Shown here: piece after piece, positions 30,547 through 41,256 of the stretch
Position numbering within the stretch: position 1 is the stretch's first letter
Layout of the letters: the number at the start of each line of letters is the position of its first letter
NCBI GenBank assembly: GCA_963765815.1
Contig: CAVXXT010000008.1
Location: 434,666 to 498,665 of the forward strand
Direction: 5' to 3'
DNA length: 64,000 nt
Source of the DNA: an uncultured Actinomycetota bacterium
GTDB lineage: Bacteria > Actinomycetota > Actinomycetes > BP-191
Translations under genes and position numbers: made by a program
The notes under the pieces: model-generated
The model's input: only the letters and a program-made list of their open reading frames with translations
Database searches by the model: none
Told to the model about the DNA's origin: nothing

Positions 30547-30940
30547 GCCGACCGCGCCGGGCGCTCGCGCCCAGGCCCGCTACGTCCGCATCACGCCGAT
30601 GAAGGCGCGACGCGTCGTCGACCTGATCCGCGGTCTGCCCGCGGGCCAGGCCCGCAACGTGCTCACCTTCGCGCCGCAGGCGGCCAGCGAGACGGTGGCC
30701 AAGGTGCTCGCCAGCGCCGTGGCCAACGCCGAGCACAACGAGCGGCTCGACCCCGACACCCTGTGGGTGAGCGAGGCGTACGTCGACGAGGGTCCGACCC
30801 TCAAGCGGTTCCGCCCGCGCGCCCAGGGCCGGGCCTACCGAATCCGCAAGCGCACGAGCCACATCACGGTCGTCGTCGAGAGCCGTCCCGGCACGGGTGC
30901 CGGTCGCACCGCGGCCACCAGCAAGAGAGGGGCCCGCTAG
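30539..30940 (+). CDS. rplV: 50S ribosomal protein L22
   Basis: 133 aa. [48 protein letters not shown]. Confidence 0.94.
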   Translation: MAEPTAPGARAQARYVRITPMKARRVVDLIRGLPAGQARNVLTFAPQAASETVAKVLASAVANAEHNERLDPDTLWVSEAYVDEGPTLKRFRPRAQGRAYRIRKRTSHITVVVESRPGTGAGRTAATSKRGAR

Positions 30941-31836
30941 TGGGTCAGAAAGTCAACCCGCACGGGTTCCGGCTCGGTATCACCACCGAGTGGAAGTCGC
31001 GCTGGTACGCCGACAAGCTCTACGCCGACTACGTCAAGGAAGACGTGGCGATCCGCCGACTCATGTCCAAGGGCATGGAGCGGGCCGGGATCAGCCGCGT
31101 CGACATCGAGCGCACCCGTGAGCGGGTCCGCGTGGACATCCACACGGCTCGCCCGGGCATCGTCATCGGCCGCCGCGGCGCCGAGGCCGACCGCATCCGC
31201 GGCGACCTCGAGAAGCTCACCGGCAAGCAGGTCCAGCTGAACATCCTCGAGGTGAAGAACCCCGAGATCGACGCGCAGCTGGTCGCCCAGGGTGTCGCCG
31301 AGCAGCTCTCCAGCCGCGTGTCGTTCCGGCGTGCCATGCGCAAGGCGATGCAGAGCGCGATGAAGTCCGGCGCCAAGGGCATCCGGGTGCAGTGCTCGGG
31401 TCGCCTGGGCGGTGCCGAGATGAGCCGCAGCGAGTTCTACCGTGAGGGCCGCGTGCCCCTGCACACGCTGCGCGCCAACATCGACTACGGCCTCTACGAG
31501 GCGCGCACGACCTTCGGCCGCATCGGCGTGAAGGTCTGGATCTACAAGGGCGACGTCGTGCAGAGCCGGGCGGAGCGTGACGCGGCCGAGGCCACGATGC
31601 GCGCCGCGCAGGCCCAGCGCCGGCCGGTCCGCAAGCCGCGGAGCGACTCGCCGCGGCAGGCGCTCCCGGCCCAGCCGGGCGAGCTGCCCACCGAGGCTGA
31701 CCTGAACGACGTCCCGGCCGACGCGGTCAACGAGGTCGAGGCTGTCGAGACGGCTGCGGTCGAGACGGCTGCGGTCGAGACGGCCGCCACCACGGCCGAG
31801 CCGACGACGGACACGCCTGAAGGGGGTGCCGAGTAA
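30940..31836 (+). CDS. rpsC: 30S ribosomal protein S3 with acidic repeat-bearing C-terminal extension
   Basis: GTG 30940 overlapping the rpl[59 protein letters not shown]. About 90-aa tail. Confidence 0.94.
   Translation: MGQKVNPHGFRLGITTEWKSRWYADKLYADYVKEDVAIRRLMSKGMERAGISRVDIERTRERVRVDIHTARPGIVIGRRGAEADRIRGDLEKLTGKQVQLNILEVKNPEIDAQLVAQGVAEQLSSRVSFRRAMRKAMQSAMKSGAKGIRVQCSGRLGGAEMSRSEFYREGRVPLHTLRANIDYGLYEARTTFGRIGVKVWIYKGDVVQSRAERDAAEATMRAAQAQRRPVRKPRSDSPRQALPAQPGELPTEADLNDVPADAVNEVEAVETAAVETAAVETAATTAEPTTDTPEGGAE
31735..31788 (+). repeat. 15-bp tandem repeat (gtcgagacggctgcg, about 2.6 copies plus a degenerate leading copy) in rpsC 3' region
   Basis: Exact units at 31744-31758 and 31759-31773, partial third unit. 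Encodes [15 protein letters not shown]. Confidence 0.9.
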
Positions 31837-32252
31837 TGCTGATCCCCCGCAGGGTCAAGCACCGCAAGCAGCACCACCCGGACCGTCACGGCGCGGCCAA
31901 GGGCGGCACTCGCGTGACGTTCGGCGAGTACGGCATCCAGGCGCTCGAGTCGGCCTACGTCACCAACCGGCAGATCGAGTCGGCGCGTATCGCCATGACC
32001 CGGCACATCAAGCGCGGCGGCAAGGTCTGGATCAACATCTACCCGGACCGTCCGCTGACCAAGAAGCCGGCCGAGACCCGCATGGGCTCGGGCAAGGGCT
32101 CGCCGGAGTGGTGGATCGCCAACATCAAGCCGGGACGAGTGATGTTCGAGCTGTCCGGCGTGCCGGAGGCCATCGCCTCCGAGGCGATGCGGCGCGCGAT
32201 GCACAAGCTGCCGATGAAGTGCCGGTTCGTGAAGCGCGAGGTGGGTGAGTGA
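31836..32252 (+). CDS. rplP: 50S ribosomal protein L16
   Basis: 138 aa. [47 protein letters not shown]. Confidence 0.96.
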   Translation: MLIPRRVKHRKQHHPDRHGAAKGGTRVTFGEYGIQALESAYVTNRQIESARIAMTRHIKRGGKVWINIYPDRPLTKKPAETRMGSGKGSPEWWIANIKPGRVMFELSGVPEAIASEAMRRAMHKLPMKCRFVKREVGE

Positions 32253-32464
32253 TGGCCAGCGCCGAGGATCTGCGCACGCTGGACGACGACGAGCTGCTGG
32301 GTCGCCTGAAGGAGTCCAAGGAGGAGCTGTTCAACCTCCGCTTCCAGGTGGCGACCGGCCAGCTCGACAACAACCGACGACTGCAGACCGTGCGCCGGGA
32401 CATCGCCCGGATCTACACGGTGATGCGGGAGCGCGAGCTCGCCACGATGGCGGGCGGCGCGTGA
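32249..32464 (+). CDS. rpmC: 50S ribosomal protein L29
   Basis: 71 aa. [38 protein letters not shown]. Confidence 0.93.
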   Translation: MMASAEDLRTLDDDELLGRLKESKEELFNLRFQVATGQLDNNRRLQTVRRDIARIYTVMRERELATMAGGA

Positions 32465-32754
32465 TGGGAGATGCAGTGAGCGACACCACGACTGACGGTC
32501 TGGACCGCAACTTCCGCAAGCTGCGGGAGGGGCTGGTCGTCAGCGACAAGATGGACAAGACCGTCGTCGTCGCTGTCGAGGACCGCGTGCAGCACCCGCT
32601 GTACGGCAAGACCATGCGCCGCACCAGCCGGCTCAAGGCGCACGACGAGGACAACTCGGCCGGCGTGGGCGACCGCGTACGTCTGATGGAGACGCGTCCG
32701 CTGTCGGCGACGAAGCGCTGGCGCGTCATCGAGATCCTGGAGAAGGCCAAGTGA
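32464..32754 (+). CDS. rpsQ: 30S ribosomal protein S17
   Basis: ATG 32464 overlapping the rpm[55 protein letters not shown]. Confidence 0.93.
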   Translation: MGDAVSDTTTDGLDRNFRKLREGLVVSDKMDKTVVVAVEDRVQHPLYGKTMRRTSRLKAHDEDNSAGVGDRVRLMETRPLSATKRWRVIEILEKAK

Positions 32755-33119
32755 TTCAGCAGGAGTCCCGGCTGCGCGTGGCCGACAACACCGGTGCGAA
32801 GGAGATCCTCTGCATCCGGGTGCTCGGCGGCTCTGGCCGTCGCTACGCGCGGATCGGCGACATCATCGTCGGCACCGTCAAGGACGCCCTGCCCGGCGCC
32901 GGCGTGAAGCGCGGTGACGTCGTCAAGGCGGTCATCGTCCGCACGGTGAAGGAGAAGCGGCGCCCGGACGGGTCGTACATCAAGTTCGACGAGAACGCGG
33001 CGGTCCTGATCAAGGACGGCGGCGACCCGCGTGGCACCCGCATCTTCGGCCCGGTGGGTCGCGAGCTGCGCGAGAAGAAGTTCATGAAGATCATCTCGCT
33101 GGCACCGGAGGTGCTCTGA
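32751..33119 (+). CDS. rplN: 50S ribosomal protein L14
   Basis: 122 aa. [28 protein letters not shown]. Confidence 0.96.
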   Translation: MIQQESRLRVADNTGAKEILCIRVLGGSGRRYARIGDIIVGTVKDALPGAGVKRGDVVKAVIVRTVKEKRRPDGSYIKFDENAAVLIKDGGDPRGTRIFGPVGRELREKKFMKIISLAPEVL

Positions 33120-33120
33120 C

Positions 33121-33447
33121 ATGCCCGGCATGAAGGTCCGCAAGGGCGACAAGGTCCGGGTCATCTCGGGCAAGGACCGTGGGCTCGAGGGTCGCGTCAT
33201 CCAGGCGATCCCGACGGCCGACAAGGTCCTCGTCGAGGGTGCCAACCGGATCAAGAAGCACACGAAGATCACGTCGACGGCACGCGGCTCCCAGCAGGGC
33301 GGCATCGTGACCCAGGAGGCGCCGGTCCACGTGAGCAACGTCATGGTCGTCTGCCCGAGCTGCGACAAGCCGTCGCGCCTCGGCAGCACCCGTGACGAGG
33401 CCGGTCGGAGCAAGCGCGTGTGCCGCCGCTGCGGCGCGGAAGTCTGA
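33121..33447 (+). CDS. rplX: 50S ribosomal protein L24 (Cys4 C-terminal variant)
   Basis: 108 aa. [36 protein letters not shown]-terminus CPSC-x18-CRRC. ATG 33121 lies 9 nt after GGAGG; ATG 33130 is the alternative. Confidence 0.93.
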   Translation: MPGMKVRKGDKVRVISGKDRGLEGRVIQAIPTADKVLVEGANRIKKHTKITSTARGSQQGGIVTQEAPVHVSNVMVVCPSCDKPSRLGSTRDEAGRSKRVCRRCGAEV

Positions 33448-33458
33448 GAGGGATCGAC

Positions 33459-34034
33459 GTGACCACCACCGACGAGCGCGCGGCGAAGACGCCGCCGCGA
33501 CTCAAGGCCCGTTACCGCGAGGAGATCGTCCCCGCGCTGCGCGAGCAGTTCGGCTTCGCCAACGTCATGCAGGTGCCGACCGTCACCAAGGTCGTCGTCA
33601 ACATGGGTGTCGGCGACGCGGCCAAGGACTCCAAGCTGATCGACGGGGCGCTGCGCGACCTCACCGCGATCACCGGCCAGAAGCCGTCGATCCGCAAGGC
33701 GACCAAGTCGATCGCGCAGTTCAAGCTGCGCGAGGGCATGGCGATCGGCGCGAAGGTGACCCTGCGCGGCGACCGCATGTGGGAGTTCCTGGACCGGCTC
33801 GTCAGCGTCTCGCTGCCGCGCATCCGCGACTTCCGCGGCCTGTCGGACAAGCAGTTCGACGGCAAGGGCAACTACACGTTCGGCGTCACGGAGCAGTCGA
33901 TCTTCCACGAGATCGACTACGACAAGATCGACCGCCCGCGTGGCATGGACATCACGGTCGTCACCACGGCCGCCAACGACGAGGAGGGGCGCGTGCTGCT
34001 TCGTCAGCTCGGCTTCCCCTTCAAGGAGTCTTAA
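33459..34034 (+). CDS. rplE: 50S ribosomal protein L5
   Basis: GTG 33459 after [57 protein letters not shown]. Confidence 0.94.
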   Translation: MTTTDERAAKTPPRLKARYREEIVPALREQFGFANVMQVPTVTKVVVNMGVGDAAKDSKLIDGALRDLTAITGQKPSIRKATKSIAQFKLREGMAIGAKVTLRGDRMWEFLDRLVSVSLPRIRDFRGLSDKQFDGKGNYTFGVTEQSIFHEIDYDKIDRPRGMDITVVTTAANDEEGRVLLRQLGFPFKES

Positions 34035-34037
34035 GAC

Positions 34038-34223
34038 ATGGCGAAGAAGGCCCTCGTCAACAAGGCTGCGGCCAAGCCGAAGTTCAAGGTCCGCGGCTAC
34101 ACGCGCTGCAACCGGTGCGGGCGTCCGCGCGCTGTCTACCGGGCGTTCGGCCTGTGCCGCATCTGCTTCCGGCAGATGGCGCACCGGGGCGAGCTGCCCG
34201 GCGTGACCAAGTCCAGCTGGTAG
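34038..34223 (+). CDS. rpsN: 30S ribosomal protein S14, type Z (zinc-binding)
   Basis: 61 aa. [22 protein letters not shown], ends GVTKSSW. Confidence 0.95.
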   Translation: MAKKALVNKAAAKPKFKVRGYTRCNRCGRPRAVYRAFGLCRICFRQMAHRGELPGVTKSSW

Positions 34224-34293
34224 TCCGCACTCCTTCCACGCTCACGACGCGGTAGGTCTCGCAAGAGATACCGCCGCAAGAGAGGCACCACCC

Positions 34294-34692
34294 ATGACGA
34301 TGACCGACCCGATCGCGGACATGCTCACCCGCGTCCGGAATGCGAACCACGCCTACCACGACAAGGTGGCGATGCCCTACAGCAAGATCAAGACGCACAT
34401 CGCCGAGATCCTCCAGCAGGAGGGCTACATCGCCGGCTGGAGCGTCGCCGAGGTCGAGAAGGGCAAGGACCTCGTGATCGAGCTGAAGTACGGCCCCAAC
34501 CGGGAGCGGACGATCGCCGGCGTACGCCGCATCTCCAAGCCCGGCCTGCGGGTCTACGCCAAGCGCGGCGGGCTGCCCCGCGTGCTCGGCGGCCTCGGCG
34601 TGGCGATCATCTCGACGTCCTCGGGCCTGCTGACGGACAAGCAGGCCAACAAGCGCGGCGTGGGCGGCGAAGTCCTCGCCTACGTCTGGTAG
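34294..34692 (+). CDS. rpsH: 30S ribosomal protein S8
   Basis: 132 aa. [24 protein letters not shown]. Confidence 0.96.
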   Translation: MTMTDPIADMLTRVRNANHAYHDKVAMPYSKIKTHIAEILQQEGYIAGWSVAEVEKGKDLVIELKYGPNRERTIAGVRRISKPGLRVYAKRGGLPRVLGGLGVAIISTSSGLLTDKQANKRGVGGEVLAYVW

Positions 34693-34704
34693 GGGAGGAA
34701 CACC

Positions 34705-35244
34705 ATGTCGCGCATCGGTCGCATGCCCATCCCCGTCCCGAGCGGGGTGGACGTCACTGTCAACGGCAGCGAGGTCGTCGTGAAGGGCCCGAAGGGCACC
34801 CTCTCGCACACTCTCGCCGCCCCCATCACTATCGAGCGGGGTGAGGACGGCGTGCTCGCCGTCGTCCGCCCCGACGACGAGCGGACCTCTCGCTCGCTGC
34901 ACGGCCTGTCGCGCACGCTCGTGGCCAACATGGTCACCGGCGTCACGACCGGCTACGAGAAGACCCTCGAGATCGTCGGCGTCGGCTACCGCGTCGCCGC
35001 CAAGGGCTCGTCGCTCGAGTTCGCGCTGGGGTTCAGCCACCCGGTCACGGTCGAGCCGCCCGAGGGCATCAGCTTCGAGGTGCAGTCGCCGACGCGGTTC
35101 GTCGTGCGGGGCATCGACAAGCAGCAGGTCGGCCAGGTGTCGGCCGTGATCCGCAAGCTGCGCAAGCCCGACCCGTACAAGGGCAAGGGCGTGCGTTACC
35201 AGGGTGAAGTCGTGCGCCGCAAGGTCGGAAAGACAGGTAAGTGA
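34705..35244 (+). CDS. rplF: 50S ribosomal protein L6
   Basis: 179 aa. [40 protein letters not shown]. Confidence 0.96.
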   Translation: MSRIGRMPIPVPSGVDVTVNGSEVVVKGPKGTLSHTLAAPITIERGEDGVLAVVRPDDERTSRSLHGLSRTLVANMVTGVTTGYEKTLEIVGVGYRVAAKGSSLEFALGFSHPVTVEPPEGISFEVQSPTRFVVRGIDKQQVGQVSAVIRKLRKPDPYKGKGVRYQGEVVRRKVGKTGK

Positions 35245-35609
35245 CGATGAACGCCTCTTCCGCTCGCCGCTTGGGCAAGGCCCGCCGGCACTTCCGCGTC
35301 CGCAAGAAGGTCGCGGGGTCGGCGGCTCGGCCGCGCCTTGTGGTGACCCGCTCCGCGCGGCACATCTACGCCCAGGTCGTCGACGACCTGGTCGGCCACA
35401 CCCTCGCGTCCGCGTCGACGCTCGACACCGACGTGCGCGGCGGCGAGGGCGACAAGACCGCCCGCGCCCGCAAGGTCGGCGCACTGGTCGCCGAGCGCGC
35501 GAAGGCGGCCGGCGTCGAGTCCGTGGTCTTCGACCGGGGTGGCAACCGCTACCACGGCCGGGTCGCGGCGCTCGCCGACGGCGCCCGCGAGAACGGACTG
35601 ACCTTCTAA
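35241..35609 (+). CDS. rplR: 50S ribosomal protein L18
   Basis: GTG 35241 (GTGA overlap; ATG 35247 is the alternative). [46 protein letters not shown]. Confidence 0.94.
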   Translation: MTMNASSARRLGKARRHFRVRKKVAGSAARPRLVVTRSARHIYAQVVDDLVGHTLASASTLDTDVRGGEGDKTARARKVGALVAERAKAAGVESVVFDRGGNRYHGRVAALADGARENGLTF

Positions 35610-35655
35610 TGACTGTGCTTCTCCTGAAAGCCGCCACTGAGATGAGGAACGTCTG

Positions 35656-36270
35656 ATGCCAGGTCCCCAGCGTCGCGGTGCCGGTGGCGCCGCCGGCGGC
35701 ACCGGCGAGAAGCGCGACCGGCGCGACCGCGGCGGCCAGGGCGGCGCGCCCGAGAAGTCGGCGTACGTCGAGCGCGTCGTCGCCATCAACCGGGTCGCCA
35801 AGGTCGTCAAGGGCGGCCGGCGGTTCTCCTTCACCGCGCTCGTCGTCGTCGGTGACGGCGACGGCACGGTCGGCGTCGGCTACGGCAAGGCCAAGGAGGT
35901 GCCGGCCGCGATCGCCAAGGGCGTCGAGGAGGCCAAGAAGCACTTCTTCAAGGTGCCGCGCATCGGCGCGACCATCCCGCACCCGATCCAGGGCGAGGCG
36001 GCCGCCGGCGTCGTGCTGCTCAAGCCGGCCAGCCCGGGTACCGGCGTCATCGCCGGTGGTCCGGTGCGCGCCGTGCTCGAGTGCGCCGGCATCCACGACG
36101 TGCTGAGCAAGAGCCTCGGCTCGTCCAACGCGATCAACATCGTGCACGCCACCGTCGCCGCGCTGAAGGGCCTCATGCGCCCCGAGGAGATCGCCGCGCG
36201 CCGTGGCCTGCCGATCGAGGACGTCGCCCCGGCCGCGATGCTGCGGGCGCGGGCCGGAGTGGGGATCTGA
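35656..36270 (+). CDS. rpsE: 30S ribosomal protein S5
   Basis: 204 aa. [43 protein letters not shown]. Confidence 0.96.
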   Translation: MPGPQRRGAGGAAGGTGEKRDRRDRGGQGGAPEKSAYVERVVAINRVAKVVKGGRRFSFTALVVVGDGDGTVGVGYGKAKEVPAAIAKGVEEAKKHFFKVPRIGATIPHPIQGEAAAGVVLLKPASPGTGVIAGGPVRAVLECAGIHDVLSKSLGSSNAINIVHATVAALKGLMRPEEIAARRGLPIEDVAPAAMLRARAGVGI

Positions 36271-36458
36271 TGGGCACCCGGCTGAAGGTCACGCAGACGA
36301 AGTCGCGGATCGGGACGAAGGGAAACCAGCGCGAGACGCTGCGCTCCCTCGGCCTCAAGCGCATCCATGACGTCGTCGTGAAGGAAGACCGCCCGGAGAT
36401 CCGCGGCATGATCAAGACCGTCATGCACCTGGTGTCCGTCGAAGAAGTCACTCAGTAG
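36270..36458 (+). CDS. rpmD: 50S ribosomal protein L30
   Basis: ATG 36270 overlapping the rps[32 protein letters not shown]. Confidence 0.92.
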   Translation: MGTRLKVTQTKSRIGTKGNQRETLRSLGLKRIHDVVVKEDRPEIRGMIKTVMHLVSVEEVTQ

Positions 36459-36496
36459 CTCACGCGTTCAGCACATCTATTCGGGAGACGAGTCAT

Positions 36497-36934
36497 ATGA
36501 AGGTGCACCACCTCCGCCCGGCACCGGGCGCGCACAAGCCGAAGGTGCGCGTCGGCCGCGGCGAGGGCGGCAAGCGGGGCAAGACCGCGGGCCGCGGCAC
36601 CAAGGGCACCAAGGCGCGCTACCAGGTCCCCGCGGCGTTCGAGGGCGGGCAGATGCCGATGCACATGCGGCTGCCCAAGCTCAAGGGCTTCAAGAACCGG
36701 TTCCGCACCGAGTACCAGGTGGTCAACGTCGAGCGGCTCGCCGAGCTGTTCCCGCAGGGCGGTGACGTAGACGTCGCGGCGATGGTCGACAAGGGCGCCG
36801 TCCGGGCCGACCAGCTGGTGAAGGTCCTCGGCGACGGCGACCTCGCGGTCGCGCTGCGCATCAGCGCCCACAAGTTCTCGGCGTCGGCCCGCGAGAAGAT
36901 CGCGGCCGCAGGCGGGTCCGCCACCGAGCTGTAG
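36497..36934 (+). CDS. rplO: 50S ribosomal protein L15
   Basis: 145 aa. [37 protein letters not shown]. Confidence 0.95.
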   Translation: MKVHHLRPAPGAHKPKVRVGRGEGGKRGKTAGRGTKGTKARYQVPAAFEGGQMPMHMRLPKLKGFKNRFRTEYQVVNVERLAELFPQGGDVDVAAMVDKGAVRADQLVKVLGDGDLAVALRISAHKFSASAREKIAAAGGSATEL

Positions 36935-37077
36935 CTGTGACACCCGCTCGCCTCGCGCGAGCGGACCGTGCCCCAGGGCCGCGTTCCCGTCGCCAGGTGA
37001 TGGCGGGTCCGTGACCGTGGGGCACACTGTTCCCCGGGCACCGGCCACCGGTGCCCGTCGTTGATGGAGGAGGACGC

Positions 37078-38391
37078 GTGGCTGGACCCGACCGGCCCGG
37101 GCTGCTCAGCGCTTTCGGGCGCGCGTTCCGCACGCCCGACCTGCGCCGGAAGCTGCTCTTCACCGGGTTCATCATCGCGATCTACCGCCTCGGGGCGGCG
37201 GTCCCGGCGCCCGGTGTCGACTACGCCGCCATCCGCTCCGAGCTCGAGCGGGTCAGCAACAGCGAGGTCTACAGCCTCATCAACCTCTTCAGCGGCGGCG
37301 CGCTCCTGCAGCTGTCGGTGTTCGCGCTCGGCATCACGCCGTACATCACCAGCAGCATCATCATGCAGCTGTTAATCGTGGTCATCCCGCGCCTGGAGAC
37401 CCTCAAGGACGAGGGCGAGGCGGGCAACCAGAAGATCACGCAGTACACCCGCTACCTGACCGTCTCCCTCGCGGTGCTGCAGTCCACCGGCATCGTCGCG
37501 CTGGCCCGGTCCGGCAACCTCTTCCAGGGCACGTCGGTCGAGATCATCCCCGACGACTCGCTGGTGCGCGTGCTGACGATCGTCATCACCTTCACCGCCG
37601 GCACGGCCGTGATCATGTGGCTCGGCGAGCTGATCACCGACCGCGGCATCGGCAACGGAATGTCGATCCTCATCTTCACGTCGATCGCGGCGCAGCTGCC
37701 GGCCGAGGGCGGCAACATCCTGCGCGCCGCCGGCGGCGCCGTCTTCACCCTGGTGCTGCTGCTCGGCCTGGCGATCGTGGTCGCCGTCATCTTCATCGAG
37801 CAGGCGCAGCGCCGCATCCCCGTGCAGTACGCGAAGCGGATGATCGGCCGTCGGGCCTACGGCGGCACGTCGACGTACATCCCGCTGAAGGTCAACCAGG
37901 CCGGTGTCGTGCCGGTCATCTTCGCGTCGTCGCTGCTCTACCTGCCGCAGCTGCTCAGCCAGATCTGGACGTCCAACGAGACCTTCACGAACTTCGTGCG
38001 GGACTACGTCAACGACCAGACCAACCCGTTCTACCTGGCCTTCTTCTTCTCGCTGATCGTGTTCTTCGCCTACTTCTACACGGCGATCACGTTCAACCCG
38101 ACCGACGTCGCGGACAACATGAAGAAGTACGGCGGCTTCATCCCCGGCATCCGCCCCGGCCGCCCCACGGCCGAGTACCTCGACTACATCCTCAACCGGA
38201 TCACGCTGCCCGGCGCGCTCTTCCTGGCCACGATCAGCGTCCTGCCCTTCCTCGCCCTCGGCCTGACCAACGGCGTGCGGTTCCCCTTCGGCGGGACCGC
38301 GGTGCTGATCATGGTCGGCGTCGGCCTCGAGACGGTGAAGCAGATCGAGAGCCAGCTGATGCTGCGCAACTACGAGGGCTTCCTCCGCTAG
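37078..38391 (+). CDS. secY: preprotein translocase subunit SecY
   Basis: GTG 37078 after GGAGGAGGA (track ORF begins 37051). [35 protein letters not shown], multi-TM, ends [11 protein letters not shown]. Confidence 0.94.
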   Translation: MAGPDRPGLLSAFGRAFRTPDLRRKLLFTGFIIAIYRLGAAVPAPGVDYAAIRSELERVSNSEVYSLINLFSGGALLQLSVFALGITPYITSSIIMQLLIVVIPRLETLKDEGEAGNQKITQYTRYLTVSLAVLQSTGIVALARSGNLFQGTSVEIIPDDSLVRVLTIVITFTAGTAVIMWLGELITDRGIGNGMSILIFTSIAAQLPAEGGNILRAAGGAVFTLVLLLGLAIVVAVIFIEQAQRRIPVQYAKRMIGRRAYGGTSTYIPLKVNQAGVVPVIFASSLLYLPQLLSQIWTSNETFTNFVRDYVNDQTNPFYLAFFFSLIVFFAYFYTAITFNPTDVADNMKKYGGFIPGIRPGRPTAEYLDYILNRITLPGALFLATISVLPFLALGLTNGVRFPFGGTAVLIMVGVGLETVKQIESQLMLRNYEGFLR

Positions 38392-38404
38392 TGAGCACGA
38401 GCAG

Positions 38405-39058
38405 GTGAGGCTCGTGCTGGTCGGGCCCCCGGGAGCGGGGAAGGGGACCCAGGCCCAGTACATCGCCGGTCACTACGGGATCCCGAAGATCTCGACGGGC
38501 GACATCTTCCGCGCGAACGTCTCCGAGGGCACCGAGCTCGGCATCGCCGCGAAGAAGTACATGGATGCCGGCGACCTGGTGCCCGATGAGGTGACGGTCG
38601 GCATGGTCCGCGACCGCATCGCGCAGCCGGATGCCGAGAGGGGCTTCCTGCTGGACGGCTTCCCGCGCAACGTCGCGCAGGCCGACCGGCTCGACGAGAT
38701 CCTCGGCGGGCTCAGCCGCAAGCTCGACGTCGTGCTCGAGCTGGTCGTCGACACCGACGAAGTGGTCCGGCGGCTGTCGGGACGGCGTACCTGCAGGTCC
38801 TGCAACCACGTGTGGCACCTCGACTTCGACCCGCCCGCGGTGGAGACGGTCTGCGACATCTGCGACGGCGAGCTCTACCAGCGCGACGACGACCGCGAGA
38901 CCACGATCCGCCACCGGCTCGAGGTCTACGCTGAGCAGACCGAACCCCTCATCGCCTTCTACGCCGGCCGTGGGATCCTCGTCGGCATCGACGCGACCGG
39001 TCCGGTGGACGACGTCACCGACCGGGCCGTCGAGGCCCTGCGCCGCTTCACGGAGTAG
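38405..39058 (+). CDS. adk: adenylate kinase (Cys4 zinc-lid type)
   Basis: 217 aa. [23 protein letters not shown], lid CRSC..x..CDIC. Confidence 0.95.
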   Translation: MRLVLVGPPGAGKGTQAQYIAGHYGIPKISTGDIFRANVSEGTELGIAAKKYMDAGDLVPDEVTVGMVRDRIAQPDAERGFLLDGFPRNVAQADRLDEILGGLSRKLDVVLELVVDTDEVVRRLSGRRTCRSCNHVWHLDFDPPAVETVCDICDGELYQRDDDRETTIRHRLEVYAEQTEPLIAFYAGRGILVGIDATGPVDDVTDRAVEALRRFTE

Positions 39059-39060
39059 CC

Positions 39061-39858
39061 ATGATCACGCTCAAGACGGACGCCGAGATCGCGCTGATGC
39101 GCGAGGCCGGGCTGATCGTCGGCCGCTGTCTCGAGCTTTTGAAGGCAACGGTCGAGATCGGGATGACCACCCTCGACCTGGATGACGTGGCCGAGAAGTT
39201 CATCCGGGACGCCGGGGCGACCCCGTCGTTCAAGGGCTACCACGGGTTCCCCGCCACGCTGTGCACCTCGATCAACGACGAGATCGTGCACGGCATCCCC
39301 AGCGTGAAGCGGGTGATCCGGGACGGCGACATCGTCTCGATCGACTGCGGCGCGATCGTCGGGGGTCTGCACGGCGACGCGGCGGTGACCGTCGCGGTCG
39401 GCGACGTGCCCCAGCAGGTGCTCGACCTCCTCGCCGTGTGCGAGGAGTCGCTGTGGCGGGGCATCGCCGCCGCCCGGCTCGGCGGTCGGCTCTCCGACAT
39501 CAGCGCCGCGGTCGAGGCGCACGTGCGCCCGCACGGCTACGGCATCGTCGAGGAGTACGTCGGGCACGGCATCGGCCACGCCCTGCACGAGGACCCGCAG
39601 GTGCCCAACTTCGGCCGCCCGGGCCGCGGTCCCCGGCTGGAGAAGGGCCTGGTCCTGGCCATCGAGCCGATGGTCAACCTGGGCACCCGGCTGACCCGGA
39701 CCCTGGACGACGACTGGACCGTGGTGACTCAGGACGGCCTGCCGTCCGCCCACTTCGAGAACACGTTCACGCTCACCGAGGAGGGCCCCTGGGTCCTCAC
39801 CGAGGAGGACGGCGGAGCGGCGAAGCTCGCCCCACTGCGGTCCGCCGCCTCGGCGTAG
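39061..39858 (+). CDS. map: type I methionine aminopeptidase
   Basis: 265 aa. IVSIDCGAIVGGLHGDAA, YVGHGIGHALHEDP, LVLAIEPM, AHFENTF. Confidence 0.94.
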   Translation: MITLKTDAEIALMREAGLIVGRCLELLKATVEIGMTTLDLDDVAEKFIRDAGATPSFKGYHGFPATLCTSINDEIVHGIPSVKRVIRDGDIVSIDCGAIVGGLHGDAAVTVAVGDVPQQVLDLLAVCEESLWRGIAAARLGGRLSDISAAVEAHVRPHGYGIVEEYVGHGIGHALHEDPQVPNFGRPGRGPRLEKGLVLAIEPMVNLGTRLTRTLDDDWTVVTQDGLPSAHFENTFTLTEEGPWVLTEEDGGAAKLAPLRSAASA

Positions 39859-39898
39859 CTCCAGGCCGAAGGTTGGTCCCGACTGAGCCCGGGCCTGG

Positions 39899-39957
39899 TG
39901 ACTCACGTCAAGATGCGCGCGTAGCTCCGGTCGTTGACTCATGAGTGGATGCGCGCG
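39899..39957. repeat. IS left terminal inverted repeat (composite)
   Basis: TGACTCAC-gtcaa-GATGCGCGCGT-agctcc-GGTCGTTGACTCAT-gagt-GGATGCGCGCG. Contains two copies of the submotif TGACTCA-N4-6-GATGCGCGCG. Confidence 0.85.
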
Positions 39958-41137
39958 GAGCGATGGCCTTGATGGAGGGCTTGTTCCTGGCCGCGGCCTT
40001 GCTCGTGGTCAGGGTGAGCAGCTCGGCGGTGAGGGCCTGGATCTGGCGCTGGATCGCTGCTGGGTTGAGCCCGGCGAAGGTGTCTCTCAGGATCGTCTTG
40101 TCCTCATCGGCGACGCCGTCGTGGCGGTCGGCCCGCTGGTGTGGCGTGGTCGCGGTGTCGTACTTCTTCGTGACCTTCGCTCCGTCGCGGACCTTCAAGA
40201 TGAGCTTCTGCTGGGCGAGGAAGTAGTTCGTGATCAGCGACTGGAGCACCCAGATCTTGTTGAGCAGCAGCAGTTCCGCGGGCGTGTCGTAGCGGTGGTA
40301 GCCGACCACGGTGCGGACCACTGCCCAGTTCTTCTGCTCGACGTGTGCGCCGTCGTTGGAGTTGCCCGACCGGGAGCGGGTGAAGGTGATCTTCCGTTCC
40401 TGGCACCAGGACAGCAGGTGCCAGTTGATGAACTCGCTGCCGTTGTCGCTGTCGATGCCCAGGATCGGGAACGGCATGACCGCGGCGATCTCGGCGAGCG
40501 CCTCGACGACCCACTTCTGCGCCTTGTTGGGCACCGAGCGGTTCTCGGTCCACCCGGTGGCGATGTCGGTCACCGTCAGCGTGTAGGCGTGCTCACCGAG
40601 GGCGTTGCCTCCTTCGTGGCCGACCAGGTCGATCTCGACGAAGCCGGGCACCGCGTCGTCCCACTGCGCCCAGGTCCGGATCGGGATCTGGCTCTTGAGC
40701 AACGAGCCCGGCTTGGTGTGACTGCGGCCGCGCAGGGCCATCGCCGCGCGCGCCGCAGCCAGCCGGCGGTCCATCGTCGCCGGGCTCATCGCGACAAGCG
40801 CCACGGCGACGTCGTCGCTGATCACGAGCTCGCCGAACCGGCGCAGACGCGCCACCAGGTTGGCGAGCACCGGGGCCAGGCGCTTGCCGGTCGGTGCGCC
40901 GAGCACCGCCCAGCAGAACTGCAGCGCGACAACCACCTCGACTCCGTAGATCGGGGTCCGCGGACGCCGCGGCACCACCACCTGCGGCCGCAGGGCGCCC
41001 GCGAGCGCTTTACGGGCGTGGCTGCGATGCCACCCGGTCGTCGCGCACAGCTCGTCGAGGATCACACCCTTGCCGGCCCGGCTCGCCTGCGCATACCGGG
41101 TCGCGGTCACCTTCGTGACAGCCTTGCGCTGGCTCAT
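39908..41137 (-). CDS. IS transposase (N-terminal HTH plus DD(35)E integrase-core domain)
   Basis: Track ORF 39908..41149. I prefer ATG 41137 (GAGGA about 9 nt upstream). HTH-like VILDELCATTGWHRSHARKAL. Catalytic candidates VEIDLVGHEG, GIDSDNGSEF and, 36 aa later, AHVEQKNW. The stop codon lies inside the left IR. Confidence 0.85.
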   Translation of the reverse strand: MSQRKAVTKVTATRYAQASRAGKGVILDELCATTGWHRSHARKALAGALRPQVVVPRRPRTPIYGVEVVVALQFCWAVLGAPTGKRLAPVLANLVARLRRFGELVISDDVAVALVAMSPATMDRRLAAARAAMALRGRSHTKPGSLLKSQIPIRTWAQWDDAVPGFVEIDLVGHEGGNALGEHAYTLTVTDIATGWTENRSVPNKAQKWVVEALAEIAAVMPFPILGIDSDNGSEFINWHLLSWCQERKITFTRSRSGNSNDGAHVEQKNWAVVRTVVGYHRYDTPAELLLLNKIWVLQSLITNYFLAQQKLILKVRDGAKVTKKYDTATTPHQRADRHDGVADEDKTILRDTFAGLNPAAIQRQIQALTAELLTLTTSKAAARNKPSIKAIAPRASTHESTTGATRAS

Positions 41138-41198
41138 CGTTAGTTCCATCCTCGAGGCCTACCGGCCACCCGAGGACCCGCTCGCCAGGCGCGCCCCA

Positions 41199-41256
41199 CG
41201 CGCGCATCCCTAGATGAGTCAACGAACCCACCCACGCGCGCATCCGTGGTGAGTCA
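41199..41256. repeat. IS right terminal inverted repeat (composite)
   Basis: Reverse complement reads TGACTCAC-cacg-GATGCGCGCGT-gggtgg-GTTCGTTGACTCAT-ctag-GGATGCGCGCG. Matches the left IR in every upper-case block (one mismatch). Confidence 0.85.

Larger units (their letters stand above)
39899..41256 (-). mobile_element. insertion sequence (1358 bp) encoding a single DDE/rve-type transposase; family uncertain (IS481/IS3-superfamily-like)
   Basis: Bounded by 59/58-bp imperfect terminal inverted repeats, both beginning TGACTCAC. One ORF fills the interior. Sits between map and infA, which are otherwise near-adjacent core genes. No target-site duplication recognised. Confidence 0.85.
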
